Below, one piece after another: positions 18,619 through 28,172 of a stretch of DNA of 64,000 nucleotides; position 1 is the first letter of the stretch, and each line of letters opens with the position of its first letter. The notes under the pieces were generated by a model that searched no databases, had not been told where the DNA came from, and was given only the letters and a program-made list of their open reading frames with translations. Both the position numbers and the translations under genes were made by a program. Origin of the DNA: an uncultured Candidatus Saccharibacteria bacterium (lineage in GTDB: Bacteria > Patescibacteriota > Saccharimonadia > Saccharimonadales > 2-12-FULL-41-12). The DNA lies in NCBI GenBank assembly GCA_964521095.1, contig CAZFPJ010000001.1, forward strand, positions 38,974 to 102,973, read 5' to 3'.

Positions 18619-19518
18619 ATGAAATTCTTTAAATCTTCATCAAAGAAAGAAAATCTAACCAGGACACAACGACTTAAGAGGATACTCAAAGTCGTTTTTT
18701 ATATTGTGTTTTGGTTGAGTGTATGGACTCCTATTGCCTGTATTATTGCACTGCCGATAGTGCTGACTCTACTGAATATATTCGAAAGAAATAATATGGC
18801 AACAGTAGCAACGCAGTCTAATATTTTGGTCGGAATTACATGTATGGCTGTGGCCTTGGTGTTTTTCGGCGCTATATGGCTTCTCCGCAATCGTAAGTCT
18901 TTGTTTATGAGAGTAGGTAGAAGTGTATTGCTTGTTTGTACATGGATTGGGCTAATTTTCGGAGTGGCTGTATTGGGCAGTACCGCTATGGATTCGCGTA
19001 AGCCCTCTACAGCGAACCAGACACAGCCATTGCCCTATCAGCTCCAGCAAAATCCAGAGCTCCTAGCGGTGACTAAAGAGGTCGGAGCTGTATATGTATC
19101 TGATTTAAATATGAGTTATGTTGACGGGTACGCCCAGGTAGACAGGAGAGGAGAATATAAGTATTTTAATGACGCGGCAGGCAAACCAATGCGTGGAGAT
19201 ATGACAATTAAAAAAGGTACCGTAGGTGATGAGCTGCGTCGATATGTTGCACATGAGTACTTGCATCATATTTGGTACACAAAACTGACTACTAGCGAAA
19301 AAGACTTGCTAACGAGCCATCTCATTGTAGCGTATGGCCAAGATTGGTATATGAAACAACGCACAAACAGTGGCTATGCTGACAGTGGAACGCTAGCGCC
19401 TACAGAATTGTTTTCTTTCTATTGCACGGAAGAGGCTGACAGATGGCTCCCCCAGCCAGTACTTGAACAGTGTAATAAGTATATTAATCGTAGTGTGCTT
19501 CAATTTAGTAGAACCTAG
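18619..19518 (+). CDS. polytopic membrane protein with an HExxH motif
   Basis: About four N-terminal TM segments followed by a soluble domain with VAHEYLHHIWYTKLTTSEK. The motif context resembles the ORF at 7352-8308. Confidence 0.7.
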   Translation: MKFFKSSSKKENLTRTQRLKRILKVVFYIVFWLSVWTPIACIIALPIVLTLLNIFERNNMATVATQSNILVGITCMAVALVFFGAIWLLRNRKSLFMRVGRSVLLVCTWIGLIFGVAVLGSTAMDSRKPSTANQTQPLPYQLQQNPELLAVTKEVGAVYVSDLNMSYVDGYAQVDRRGEYKYFNDAAGKPMRGDMTIKKGTVGDELRRYVAHEYLHHIWYTKLTTSEKDLLTSHLIVAYGQDWYMKQRTNSGYADSGTLAPTELFSFYCTEEADRWLPQPVLEQCNKYINRSVLQFSRT

Positions 19519-19538
19519 GGTAGAATAGATTTAAGTAT

Positions 19539-20780
19539 ATGAAACTTTCGATACAACCATACAAAGGCACCCGAGATTTTTACCCAGAAGACATGCGCTT
19601 GCGTAACTGGATGTTTGGCAAGTGGCGTACGACCTTGGAGAGTTTTGGTTACGAAGAATACGACGGTCCTATCCTCGAGGCTTTAGACTTATACACCGCT
19701 AAAACTAGCGAAGAAATAGTTAACGACCAATCATTTAACTTTGAAGACAGGGGCGGTAGGCGAGTGGTTATGCGTCCCGAAATGACACCAACGGTGAGCC
19801 GTATGGTGGCCAAAAAGCGCCAAGAATTGGGCTATCCACTTCGGCTTTATAGCATTCCGAATTGCTTTAGGTACGAGAGGCAACAGCGGGGGCGCTTGCG
19901 AGAATTTTGGCAACTCAATGCCGATTTGTTTGGGGTTGAGGGCGTAGAGGCAGAGCTCGAGATGATACTGCTGGTTAGTAGCCTAATGAAATCTTTTGGA
20001 GCCGCAGAAGATAGTTACGAGATTAGGGTTAATTCGCGCAAGCTACTTAACCAAAAAATTACCGAGGCTGGCGCTAAAACTTCTGCTAGCGAAGTGATTC
20101 GCTTGATAGATAATATCGACAAGCTAGAAAAAACAGAGTTTTTAGACAAGCTAAGCCAGCAAGTCGAACAACCAGACAGACTGTATAGTTTTTTGACCAA
20201 TGCAGATTCGGCCGAGGATAACCAGCTGGTAGAGAAAGCCAAAAACGCTGGCGTCTCAAACATCCGCTTTGTGCCAACTATTGCTCGAGGGTTTGAATAC
20301 TATACAGACATAGTGTTTGAAGTGTTCGACACCGATGCAGACAATAATCGGGCGATGTTTGGTGGCGGTCGTTACGACGGGCTGGTGGGCGAATTTGGCG
20401 TAGAGCCGGTGCCGACTGTTGGTTTTGGCATGGGCGATGTGACTTTCCAGAACTTTCTAGAATCAAACGGACTTGTTCCCGAACTAAATACAACAACAGA
20501 CCTATACATTGCGCCAGTTGGCGATACAGTTGATGAGTGCCAGTCATTGGCTCAAAAACTTCGAACAAAGGGGCTTAGTGTTGCTGTAGATATTTCTGGG
20601 AAAAAGCTAGACAAGCAGATAAAAAACGCCGACAAAAAAGGCATAAGATTTGTTTTGTTTGTGGGCCAGCAAGAGATCGACGCCGACAGCTATAAGCTCA
20701 AAAACCTTGCGACAGGTGAAGAAACCCAGCAAGACACCGAGCAAGTAGTGTCTACCATAAAAAATTACCGTAAGCAGTAG
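19539..20780 (+). CDS. hisS: histidyl-tRNA synthetase
   Basis: Class II motifs (MRPEMTP, FRYERQQRGRLREFWQ, GGGRYD) and a C-terminal anticodon-binding domain. Confidence 0.93.
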   Translation: MKLSIQPYKGTRDFYPEDMRLRNWMFGKWRTTLESFGYEEYDGPILEALDLYTAKTSEEIVNDQSFNFEDRGGRRVVMRPEMTPTVSRMVAKKRQELGYPLRLYSIPNCFRYERQQRGRLREFWQLNADLFGVEGVEAELEMILLVSSLMKSFGAAEDSYEIRVNSRKLLNQKITEAGAKTSASEVIRLIDNIDKLEKTEFLDKLSQQVEQPDRLYSFLTNADSAEDNQLVEKAKNAGVSNIRFVPTIARGFEYYTDIVFEVFDTDADNNRAMFGGGRYDGLVGEFGVEPVPTVGFGMGDVTFQNFLESNGLVPELNTTTDLYIAPVGDTVDECQSLAQKLRTKGLSVAVDISGKKLDKQIKNADKKGIRFVLFVGQQEIDADSYKLKNLATGEETQQDTEQVVSTIKNYRKQ

Positions 20781-20814
20781 TCAGGTCGGCGGTTTCTTGT
20801 TACACTGACACCTT

Positions 20815-22089
20815 ATGAATGTAAAACGAACCAACAAATCCAAGACCGAAGTAACACTAACAATTTCTGCTACGCAGGCAGACCTGGATAAGCTTAAAAC
20901 GCATGTGCTAAAAAAGCTCGCCAAAGATGTTAAGATGCCTGGTTTTCGAACCGGTACGGCACCAATTGCTCTTGTCGAGAAAAACATTGACCAAACGCGA
21001 CTGCAAACCGAGTTTTTAGACGAGGCGCTGACTCACTTGTACGCAGATGCTACTGCCTCCGAAAGCATTCGCCCAGTTACCAAGCCAGATGTTCAAATCA
21101 AGAAGTTTGTACCTTTTACGGAGCTAGAATTTGATGTCACCACAGGGGTTATTGGTGACTTTAAGCTACCAAACTACAAGACAATTAAAGTCGAAAAGCC
21201 AAAGATTACAATTTCTGCCAAAGATGTCAAAGAAGTACTGGACTCGTTGCAGACTCGTATGGCAACGCACAAAGATGTACAGCGACCAGCCAAAAAAGAC
21301 GACCAAGTAGTCATAGATTTTGCTGGCAAAGACGACAAAGGTCAGCCAGTTTCTGGTGCAGATGGCAAAGACTACCCATTAGTTTTGGGCAGTAACTCGT
21401 TTATCCCTGGATTCGAAGACAATCTACTCGGTCTAAAAGCTGGCGAGCAAAAGATCTTTACACTTAAGTTTCCTAAAGATTACGGCGTATCGGCCCTTGC
21501 CAGCAAAGATGTAACTTTTGCAGTGACTGTAAATAAGGTGCAGGAAGCTACAAAACCCGAGTTAGATGACGCGTTTGCTAGTAGTGTCGGGCCGTTCAAA
21601 ACAGTCGCCGAGCTCAAAGACGATATTGAAAAACAGTTAACTGCCGAGCGACAGGCCGAGGTTACTCGCAATCACCAAAACGAGGTTGTAGCTAGTCTTG
21701 TAGAAAAACTAGACATGGCACTGCCAAAAGAGCTAATTAACCAGCAAGCCACCTACAACATCGACGAAGTTCGGCGCAACTTGATGTACAAAGGCCAGAC
21801 TTATGAAGAATACTTAAAAGTCGAAGGGCACACCGAAGAGGCATATAGAGAAAAAGTAGTTATCCCTCAGGCCGAAAAACAGCTAAAAACCAGCATTATG
21901 CTAAGCGAAATAGCCCAAAAAGAAGGGTTGGCTGTGACTCCAGAAGAGTTAGAAATTCGCCTACAACTGCTAAAGGGCCAATACGCCCAAGACAAGCTAA
22001 TGCAGGCCGAGCTAGACAAACCAGAAAACCAACAAGACATCGCTCAGCGCATGCTAACCGAAAAAGTCCTCGAACTTTTGACCAGCTAG
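20815..22089 (+). CDS. tig: trigger factor
   Basis: 424 aa with an N-terminal ribosome-binding region (GFRTGTAP), an FKBP-like middle (IPGFEDNLLGLKAGE) and a C-terminal helical arm. Confidence 0.93.
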   Translation: MNVKRTNKSKTEVTLTISATQADLDKLKTHVLKKLAKDVKMPGFRTGTAPIALVEKNIDQTRLQTEFLDEALTHLYADATASESIRPVTKPDVQIKKFVPFTELEFDVTTGVIGDFKLPNYKTIKVEKPKITISAKDVKEVLDSLQTRMATHKDVQRPAKKDDQVVIDFAGKDDKGQPVSGADGKDYPLVLGSNSFIPGFEDNLLGLKAGEQKIFTLKFPKDYGVSALASKDVTFAVTVNKVQEATKPELDDAFASSVGPFKTVAELKDDIEKQLTAERQAEVTRNHQNEVVASLVEKLDMALPKELINQQATYNIDEVRRNLMYKGQTYEEYLKVEGHTEEAYREKVVIPQAEKQLKTSIMLSEIAQKEGLAVTPEELEIRLQLLKGQYAQDKLMQAELDKPENQQDIAQRMLTEKVLELLTS

Positions 22090-22145
22090 AATAATACAAA
22101 ATTACCCTCTTGTGGATAAACCCTTGACACTACTGTCTAGGGGGA

Positions 22146-22185
22146 GGTAATATTGCAACATATATCAAAGCGTTAGCAATAACAC
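22146..22185 (+). repeat. 40-bp direct repeat, copy 1 (promoter -10 plus leader)
   Basis: GGTAATATTGCAACATATATCAAAGCGTTAGCAATAACAC, preceded by TTGACA at 22124-22129. Matches 23595-23634 at 39 of 40 positions. Confidence 0.85.
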
Positions 22186-22207
22186 AAAAACTAAAACAAG
22201 GAAACAG

Positions 22208-22507
22208 ATGAAACAAAAGAATAACCTCATCAGATCCCAAGAAGGTATTGCCCACCTAGGACTAATAGTCTTGGCACTAGTAGTCATCGGAGCCGTAGGC
22301 TTTGGCGCCTGGCGGGTAGCTAGTAATAACAAAAGCAATGATAGTGTCCAGGTTACAGAAATCAGCGAAGAAGAGGCAGACGCCGCTCTTGACCAGATAG
22401 AAGACGACTCAAGCACAGTTAGCGACAATACCGAAACAACTACTAACTTTACTGATCAGTCAGCCACTAGCGAAGTAGACGGAGGATCCAACAATGCAAG
22501 TTTCTAA
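22208..22507 (+). CDS. hypothetical membrane-anchored acidic protein
   Basis: 99 aa with one TM segment (GLIVLALVVIGAVGFGAW) and an acidic Ser/Thr-rich tail. Overlaps the next ORF by 14 nt. Confidence 0.6.
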   Translation: MKQKNNLIRSQEGIAHLGLIVLALVVIGAVGFGAWRVASNNKSNDSVQVTEISEEEADAALDQIEDDSSTVSDNTETTTNFTDQSATSEVDGGSNNASF

Positions 22508-23540
22508 AACCAACTCACTCATAACTCGTGGCATTGCTTTTGTAGCCGCGTTTGCTTTTGCAGTAACTGTCTTTACTCCGGCAATAGTTAGTGCCCAAGA
22601 CGCCTCGGCTACTACTCCAGCCCCAGCAACCGGATTCAAGGCTAACCTTACAAACAAAGATACTTGCATAGCATCTTTTACGGCCAACCCTAATGTTGCA
22701 GAAGTCAAAAAGTACGGCCAAGAACGCATCGACAAACGCCTGGCAACTGTAGAAAAACTAGATAAAGCAGTCGACAAATTTTACAAAGAGCGTAAAAGCA
22801 CCTACGACGACAAAGCAGACAGTATAGATGTAACACTAGGTAGATATGCTGACAAAGACCTAAAAAGGAAGCTTCCTGACGCCGATGCCCACAAAAAAGC
22901 ATTAAACAAGAATATTGCAGACCGCAAAAAACTTCTCAAGAAGTTTAACGGTCAACTAAAAGAAGCAGGCGACCAACCAGCAGCAATTGGTGCCGCAACT
23001 TGTTCAGCTATCATAGATGGACGCATATATAACGGTTTAGTAGCAAAATACAAACAACAGACAAAACTAGACCGCATCTCTATGCGTAACGCTATTAACC
23101 AGGCTCGCTACGACGCCGCCCACGGCATAAAGTCTGGCGTAAAAGGTATGCCAAATCCAGAAAAGAATAACGATGAGATTAAGTCTGCCCAAAAACTGCT
23201 AAACAGCGATAAGTCTGCTCAAAAAGAGATTGACGCACTAGAAGCTAAAGTCATCAAAAAAGAAGCCCCAGACATAGCCAAAGACTATAAAAAAGTAGCT
23301 GCTGATGCCAGGGCTGCTAAAAAAGCCGAACAAGCTAAAGCACAGCCACAGCCAGGTGGTGGCAAGGGTGGGGGCTGTAAAACTGGGCAGAAGAAAGCAT
23401 CAAATGGTGTATGTTGGTCTCCCCCTTCTTCCGCACAAGAGAAGAAGACCGCGTATTTAAAGTGCTACAAAGGCAAACCACCAAAGTATACTGCGGGCCA
23501 GTGGGCTAAAATCTGTACAAAAGCAGCCTATGGAGGATAA
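22494..23540 (+). CDS. hypothetical secreted Lys-rich protein with a Cys-containing C-terminus
   Basis: Signal peptide ending in TPAIVSAQDA, a Lys/Ala-rich helical body, a GGGKGGG linker and a four-Cys C-terminal module. Confidence 0.7.
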   Translation: MQVSKTNSLITRGIAFVAAFAFAVTVFTPAIVSAQDASATTPAPATGFKANLTNKDTCIASFTANPNVAEVKKYGQERIDKRLATVEKLDKAVDKFYKERKSTYDDKADSIDVTLGRYADKDLKRKLPDADAHKKALNKNIADRKKLLKKFNGQLKEAGDQPAAIGAATCSAIIDGRIYNGLVAKYKQQTKLDRISMRNAINQARYDAAHGIKSGVKGMPNPEKNNDEIKSAQKLLNSDKSAQKEIDALEAKVIKKEAPDIAKDYKKVAADARAAKKAEQAKAQPQPGGGKGGGCKTGQKKASNGVCWSPPSSAQEKKTAYLKCYKGKPPKYTAGQWAKICTKAAYGG

Positions 23541-23594
23541 GAGGGTTCAGTTTAGTTACAAAAACATAGCCCTCTTGACCAAACCCTCCGGGGG

Positions 23595-23634
23595 GGGTAA
23601 TATTGCAACATATATCAAAGCGTTAGCAGTAACA
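23595..23634 (+). repeat. 40-bp direct repeat, copy 2
   Basis: GGTAATATTGCAACATATATCAAAGCGTTAGCAGTAACAC, preceded by TTGACC at 23575-23580. Confidence 0.85.
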
Positions 23635-23711
23635 CGGAGCTAAAGGCTTTGCAGGCTACATTTGATTCAGGCAAAAGTGTACTGAAGTAGCAATGAGCGT
23701 AGAGGCACAAA

Positions 23712-23738
23712 CTAGCACTCGGGATTGACGAGTGCTAG
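23712..23738 (+). promoter_or_regulatory. CIRCE-like inverted repeat (putative HrcA operator) upstream of clpP
   Basis: CTAGCACTC-GGGATTGAC-GAGTGCTAG with perfect arms. The stem is extendable to 12 bp (23709-23741). Confidence 0.7.
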
Positions 23739-23753
23739 TTTGCTTATTATAAT
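23725..23753 (+). promoter_or_regulatory. clpP promoter overlapping CIRCE
   Basis: TTGACG (23725-23730, in the CIRCE spacer), 17-nt spacer, TATAAT (23748-23753), ATG at 23763. Confidence 0.6.
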
Positions 23754-23762
23754 AGATATATT

Positions 23763-24356
23763 ATGAGTGTGTTGATTCCAACGGTCATAGAGCAAGAAGG
23801 TCGCGTAGAGCGAGCCTATGATATTTATAGTCGATTGCTAAAAGATCGGATCATCTTTTTGGGGACAGATGTAAACGAGCACACTGCAAATTTGGTAGTA
23901 GCGCAGTTACTCTTTTTGGCAAACGAAGACCCAAAGAAAGACATTAGCCTATACATTAACAGCCCCGGTGGTAGTGTGTATGATGCGCTAGCCATTTATG
24001 ACACTATGCAGTTTGTTGGCCCCGACATCCAAACAGTCGGTATTGGCGTACAGGCCAGTGCGGCAGCTTTTTTACTTAGCAGTGGCGCAAGAGGTAAACG
24101 ATCTTTGCTAGAGCACGCAACCGTGATGATACACCAGCCATCTAGTGGTACGCGTGGTAAGGTGACCGACCAAGAAATAGACCTACGGGAATCGCTTCGG
24201 GTGAAGAAGTTGCTCGAGGAAATTATGGCCAAGAACACTGGCCAGAAGGTCGGCAAAATTCACGCCGACATGGAGCGCGACAAATGGCTAACCGCCGAAG
24301 AAGCCAAAAAATACGGTCTGGTCGACAAAATCATCACCACAACCCCTCAGAAATAA
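23763..24356 (+). CDS. clpP: ATP-dependent Clp protease proteolytic subunit
   Basis: 197 aa. [16 protein letters not shown], catalytic Ser context [15 protein letters not shown] His and ERD Asp. Confidence 0.95.
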   Translation: MSVLIPTVIEQEGRVERAYDIYSRLLKDRIIFLGTDVNEHTANLVVAQLLFLANEDPKKDISLYINSPGGSVYDALAIYDTMQFVGPDIQTVGIGVQASAAAFLLSSGARGKRSLLEHATVMIHQPSSGTRGKVTDQEIDLRESLRVKKLLEEIMAKNTGQKVGKIHADMERDKWLTAEEAKKYGLVDKIITTTPQK

Positions 24357-24368
24357 TATTTTAAATTC

Positions 24369-24397
24369 TTGACGAGCACCCAAAAAACCAATATACT
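24369..24397 (+). promoter_or_regulatory. putative rpoB-rpoC promoter
   Basis: TTGACG-17-TATACT, about 240 nt upstream of the rpoB ATG. Confidence 0.45.
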
Positions 24398-24635
24398 GAG
24401 GTCATAAGAAGTAGTGGCCGTAGATTTTGTATTGTCAAAAAAATGGGGTTTGACACCAGCAAAATCATACGCAGTAATCTTCGGTTATACGCTGTTAGAA
24501 GCACTCTGATCAGGTTTCTAACAAGTACAACAGATAAAACAAACCAAACCATTGCTCCATGCAAATGCAATCTTGGAGTTTACCCCGTTATTATTTGACC
24601 ACAATAATACAACAAAGAAGGAGTACTAAAAGTAC

Positions 24636-27600
24636 ATGGCCAAGACTCAAGCCCCGATAAGCGGTACAATCGCTCGCACATATTTTACTACTAACAACCC
24701 AGTTATAGATCTACCCAACCTGGTGGACCACCAGAACAAGTCTTTTCAATGGTTTGTCGAGGAAGGACTGGGCGAACTGCTAGCCGAGATTAGTCCAATA
24801 GACGACTATACTGGAACAAAATTATCATTAAGTTTCAAAGATTATCACTTTGAAGACCCCAAAACTACCGAAGCCGAAGCTCGCGAAAACAACATTAGCT
24901 ACGAAGCGCCCCTAAAAGCCAAGGTAGAACTAACCAACAAAGTAACCGGCGAAGTCAAAGAGCAAGAGATATATCTGGGTGATTTCCCATGCATGACAAG
25001 TCGCGGAACTTTTGTCATTAACGGTGCAGAACGAGTTGTGGTGAGTCAGCTAATTCGTTCGGCCGGTGTGTTCTTTACTGCCGATCAGTCGGGTGGCCGA
25101 AATGTTTATGGGGCCAAGGTTATTCCTGGCCGTGGCGCATGGCTGGAGTTTGAGACCGCTGCCAACGGGGCTTTGTTTGTCAAGATTGACCGCAAGCGAA
25201 AGATTGCCGTTACAACCCTACTTCGAGCATTAGGTATGAGCGAAGCTCAGATGAAAGATGCCTTTAAACATGTCGATCAAGGTAAGAGTAGTTACCTAGA
25301 CGCAACCCTAGACAAAGACCCTTCTAAAACTGCTAGCGAAGCTTTGATTGAAGTGTATCGACGACTTCGTCCGGGCGACCTAGCAACTGTAGACAACGCT
25401 CGAAGCTTGCTAGAAAACATGTTCTATAACTACAAGCGATTCGATTTTTCTAGGGTTGGTCGCTACAAAATCAACAAACGACTTGACCTAAAGGTTCCAA
25501 ATACAGCCGAAAACCGCGTGATGCGACTCGAGGACTTGACCGCAATTATTAGCGAGCTTATCCGCCTAAACAACACACAAGAGCCAGCCGACGACATTGA
25601 CAGTCTAGCTAACAGGCGAGTAAAGCTGGTTGGCGAGCTAGTGCAACGACAGTTTAGGATTGGTTTGCTTCGTATGGAGCGAAACACCAAAGACCGCATG
25701 AGCATGAGCGAGATCGAAACCGTAACTCCTGGGCAACTCATTAACGCTCGGCCAATTGTGGCAGCTGTTCGTGAGTTTTTTGCCAGTTCACAGTTATCTC
25801 AGTTTATGGACCAGATTAACCCAGTTAGTGAGCTTGCGCACAAGCGACGATTTAGCTCTATGGGGCCAGGTGGTTTGAGTCGAGAACGAGCAGGATTTGA
25901 GGTGCGAGATGCCCACGAAACTCACTATGGACGAATTTGTGCTGTAGAAACTCCCGAGGGTGCAAACATTGGGCTTGTGCTAAACCTTGCTAACTATGCT
26001 CGGATAAACGACTATGGCTTTATAGAGACTCCTTACCGCAAGGTTATCAATGCAGTGACTGCCAAAGATGCGGTTGGTCATATCGCTTCTGTCAACCTAG
26101 AAGACGCAGGTGGTAAGACTATTGTCAAAACAGGATCTAAAATTACTGATGCCGACGCTAAAAAGCTAGCTAGTGTAAAAGATCGTGCCACCTGGCCCGT
26201 TAAAGCCCGGGTTACGAGCGAGATTGTTTATCTTGATGCCGACGGCGAGTCGCAGGCTATCATTGCTGGCGCAGGAAATGCCGTAGACAAAGACGGATAC
26301 TTTAAGGAAGCCCGAATTGGTGCCCGCGAATATATGCAGGTCGCCGAGGTAGATGCCAACGATGTCAACTACATGGACGCCAGCAATAACCAAATCATTG
26401 GTTCTATTGCCGGGCTTGTGCCATTTGTAGAGCGAGACCGTGTAGACCGTGCTCTTGTAGGTTCTAACCAGCAAAAACAGGCTGTACCACTAATTCAGCC
26501 AAGATCACCAATTGTTGGTACCGGCCTAGAAGCAACAGTCGCTGCAAACAGTGGCCAGGTTGTCTATGCCGAAGGCAAAGGCACGGTTGTTAGCGCTTCT
26601 GCCGACGAAGTTGTTGTGGCTTACGAAAAGCGAAAAGCTACTTATAAACCAATGCACTATGTTAGGAGTAACGAAGGTACTAGCATTAACCAAAGAGTCG
26701 TTGTAAACAGTGGCGACAAAGTGAAGCCAGGCGATGTACTAATAGAGGGTATGTCTATAGAAAACGGCGAGCTAGCGCTTGGTCGTGACCTAGTCGTGGC
26801 CTTTATGCCATGGAACGGCTACAACTTTGAGGACGCTATGGTGCTTTCCCGCAAAATCGTAGAAGACGACACTCTAACCAGCATACATATTGTTGATTAC
26901 ATGACAGAAGTCCGCGAGACCAAACTAGGCCCAGAGATCATAACTGGCGACATTCCAAATGTTAGCGAAGATGCTCTAAGACACCTAGACGAAGAAGGTA
27001 TCGTACGCATTGGTGCCGAAGTGCATCCTGGCGATATCTTGGTAGGTAAAATTACTCCAAAGGGCGAACAAGAACTTTCTAGCGAAGAGCGGTTGCTCCG
27101 AGCAATCTTTGGCGAAAAGGCCAAAGAAGTCCGAGATACTTCTCAGCGGATGAGTAATGGTAAGCACGGTAAAGTTGTTGGTGTTAAGGTGTTTAGTCGT
27201 GCCAACGGACATGAGCTAAAAGCTGGCGTCATCATGCAGATTCAGGTATTTGTAGCTCAGATGCGTAAGGTTCAGGTTGGCGACAAGCTAGCTGGACGAC
27301 ACGGTAACAAGGGCGTTATTGCCAAGATTTTGCCACAAGAAGACATGCCATTTACAGAAGACGGCACCCCAGTAGACATAGTTCTTAACCCGATGGGTGT
27401 TCCGAGTCGTATGAACCTTGGTCAGTTATTCGAGACTCACCTTGGTATGGCGGCTAGGGCGCTTGGCATCAAAGTCGCTACTCCATCATTCAATGGTGTG
27501 CCTGTTAGTAAAATTAAAGAGCTCCTCAAAGAAGCTGGTTACCCAGAAGATGGCAAGCAACAGCTGTATGACGGCCGTACCGGAGAAGCCTTTAAAGAGC

Positions 27601-28172
27601 GAACAGTGGTTGGCAACATGTACATGCTAAAACTAACTCACATGGTAACCGACAAGATCCACGCCCGTTCAACTGGCCCATACACTATGGTGACTCAACA
27701 GCCACTAGGTGGTAAGGCACAAAATGGTGGACAAAGGTTCGGAGAGATGGAGGTCTGGGCTCTAGAAGCTTATGGCGCATCTAACACTTTGCAGGAAATG
27801 CTTACTATCAAGTCCGACGATGTTTATGGACGAAGCAAAGCTTACGAATCTATTGTTAAGCAGACAGAAATTGTTGGACCAAAAGTTCCAGAAAGCTTTA
27901 ATGTATTGGTAAAAGAGTTGCAGGGTCTTGGCCTAAAAGTCGACCTAATCGCCAAAGCAGAGGCTATTGACGCCGAAGAAGTCTTGGCCGAGAGCATCAA
28001 AGGAGAGGCAGAAGCACCGTCAGAAGTTGAGGTCCCAGACGCAGAGATTAGTAATGTAGATGTGTCGGAAGATGCAAAAATAGACGAATTTATGGTAATG
28101 GAGCTCCAGGATGATGTCCCGGCGACCGTTGCCCAAATATCAGATGATGTAAACGAAGAGGAGAGCAAATAA
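24636..28172 (+). CDS. rpoB: DNA-directed RNA polymerase subunit beta
   Basis: 1178 aa with conserved beta-subunit blocks (SQLSQFMDQINP, GRHGNKGV, NPMGVPSRMN, GEMEVWALEAYGA). Confidence 0.97.
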   Translation: MAKTQAPISGTIARTYFTTNNPVIDLPNLVDHQNKSFQWFVEEGLGELLAEISPIDDYTGTKLSLSFKDYHFEDPKTTEAEARENNISYEAPLKAKVELTNKVTGEVKEQEIYLGDFPCMTSRGTFVINGAERVVVSQLIRSAGVFFTADQSGGRNVYGAKVIPGRGAWLEFETAANGALFVKIDRKRKIAVTTLLRALGMSEAQMKDAFKHVDQGKSSYLDATLDKDPSKTASEALIEVYRRLRPGDLATVDNARSLLENMFYNYKRFDFSRVGRYKINKRLDLKVPNTAENRVMRLEDLTAIISELIRLNNTQEPADDIDSLANRRVKLVGELVQRQFRIGLLRMERNTKDRMSMSEIETVTPGQLINARPIVAAVREFFASSQLSQFMDQINPVSELAHKRRFSSMGPGGLSRERAGFEVRDAHETHYGRICAVETPEGANIGLVLNLANYARINDYGFIETPYRKVINAVTAKDAVGHIASVNLEDAGGKTIVKTGSKITDADAKKLASVKDRATWPVKARVTSEIVYLDADGESQAIIAGAGNAVDKDGYFKEARIGAREYMQVAEVDANDVNYMDASNNQIIGSIAGLVPFVERDRVDRALVGSNQQKQAVPLIQPRSPIVGTGLEATVAANSGQVVYAEGKGTVVSASADEVVVAYEKRKATYKPMHYVRSNEGTSINQRVVVNSGDKVKPGDVLIEGMSIENGELALGRDLVVAFMPWNGYNFEDAMVLSRKIVEDDTLTSIHIVDYMTEVRETKLGPEIITGDIPNVSEDALRHLDEEGIVRIGAEVHPGDILVGKITPKGEQELSSEERLLRAIFGEKAKEVRDTSQRMSNGKHGKVVGVKVFSRANGHELKAGVIMQIQVFVAQMRKVQVGDKLAGRHGNKGVIAKILPQEDMPFTEDGTPVDIVLNPMGVPSRMNLGQLFETHLGMAARALGIKVATPSFNGVPVSKIKELLKEAGYPEDGKQQLYDGRTGEAFKERTVVGNMYMLKLTHMVTDKIHARSTGPYTMVTQQPLGGKAQNGGQRFGEMEVWALEAYGASNTLQEMLTIKSDDVYGRSKAYESIVKQTEIVGPKVPESFNVLVKELQGLGLKVDLIAKAEAIDAEEVLAESIKGEAEAPSEVEVPDAEISNVDVSEDAKIDEFMVMELQDDVPATVAQISDDVNEEESK

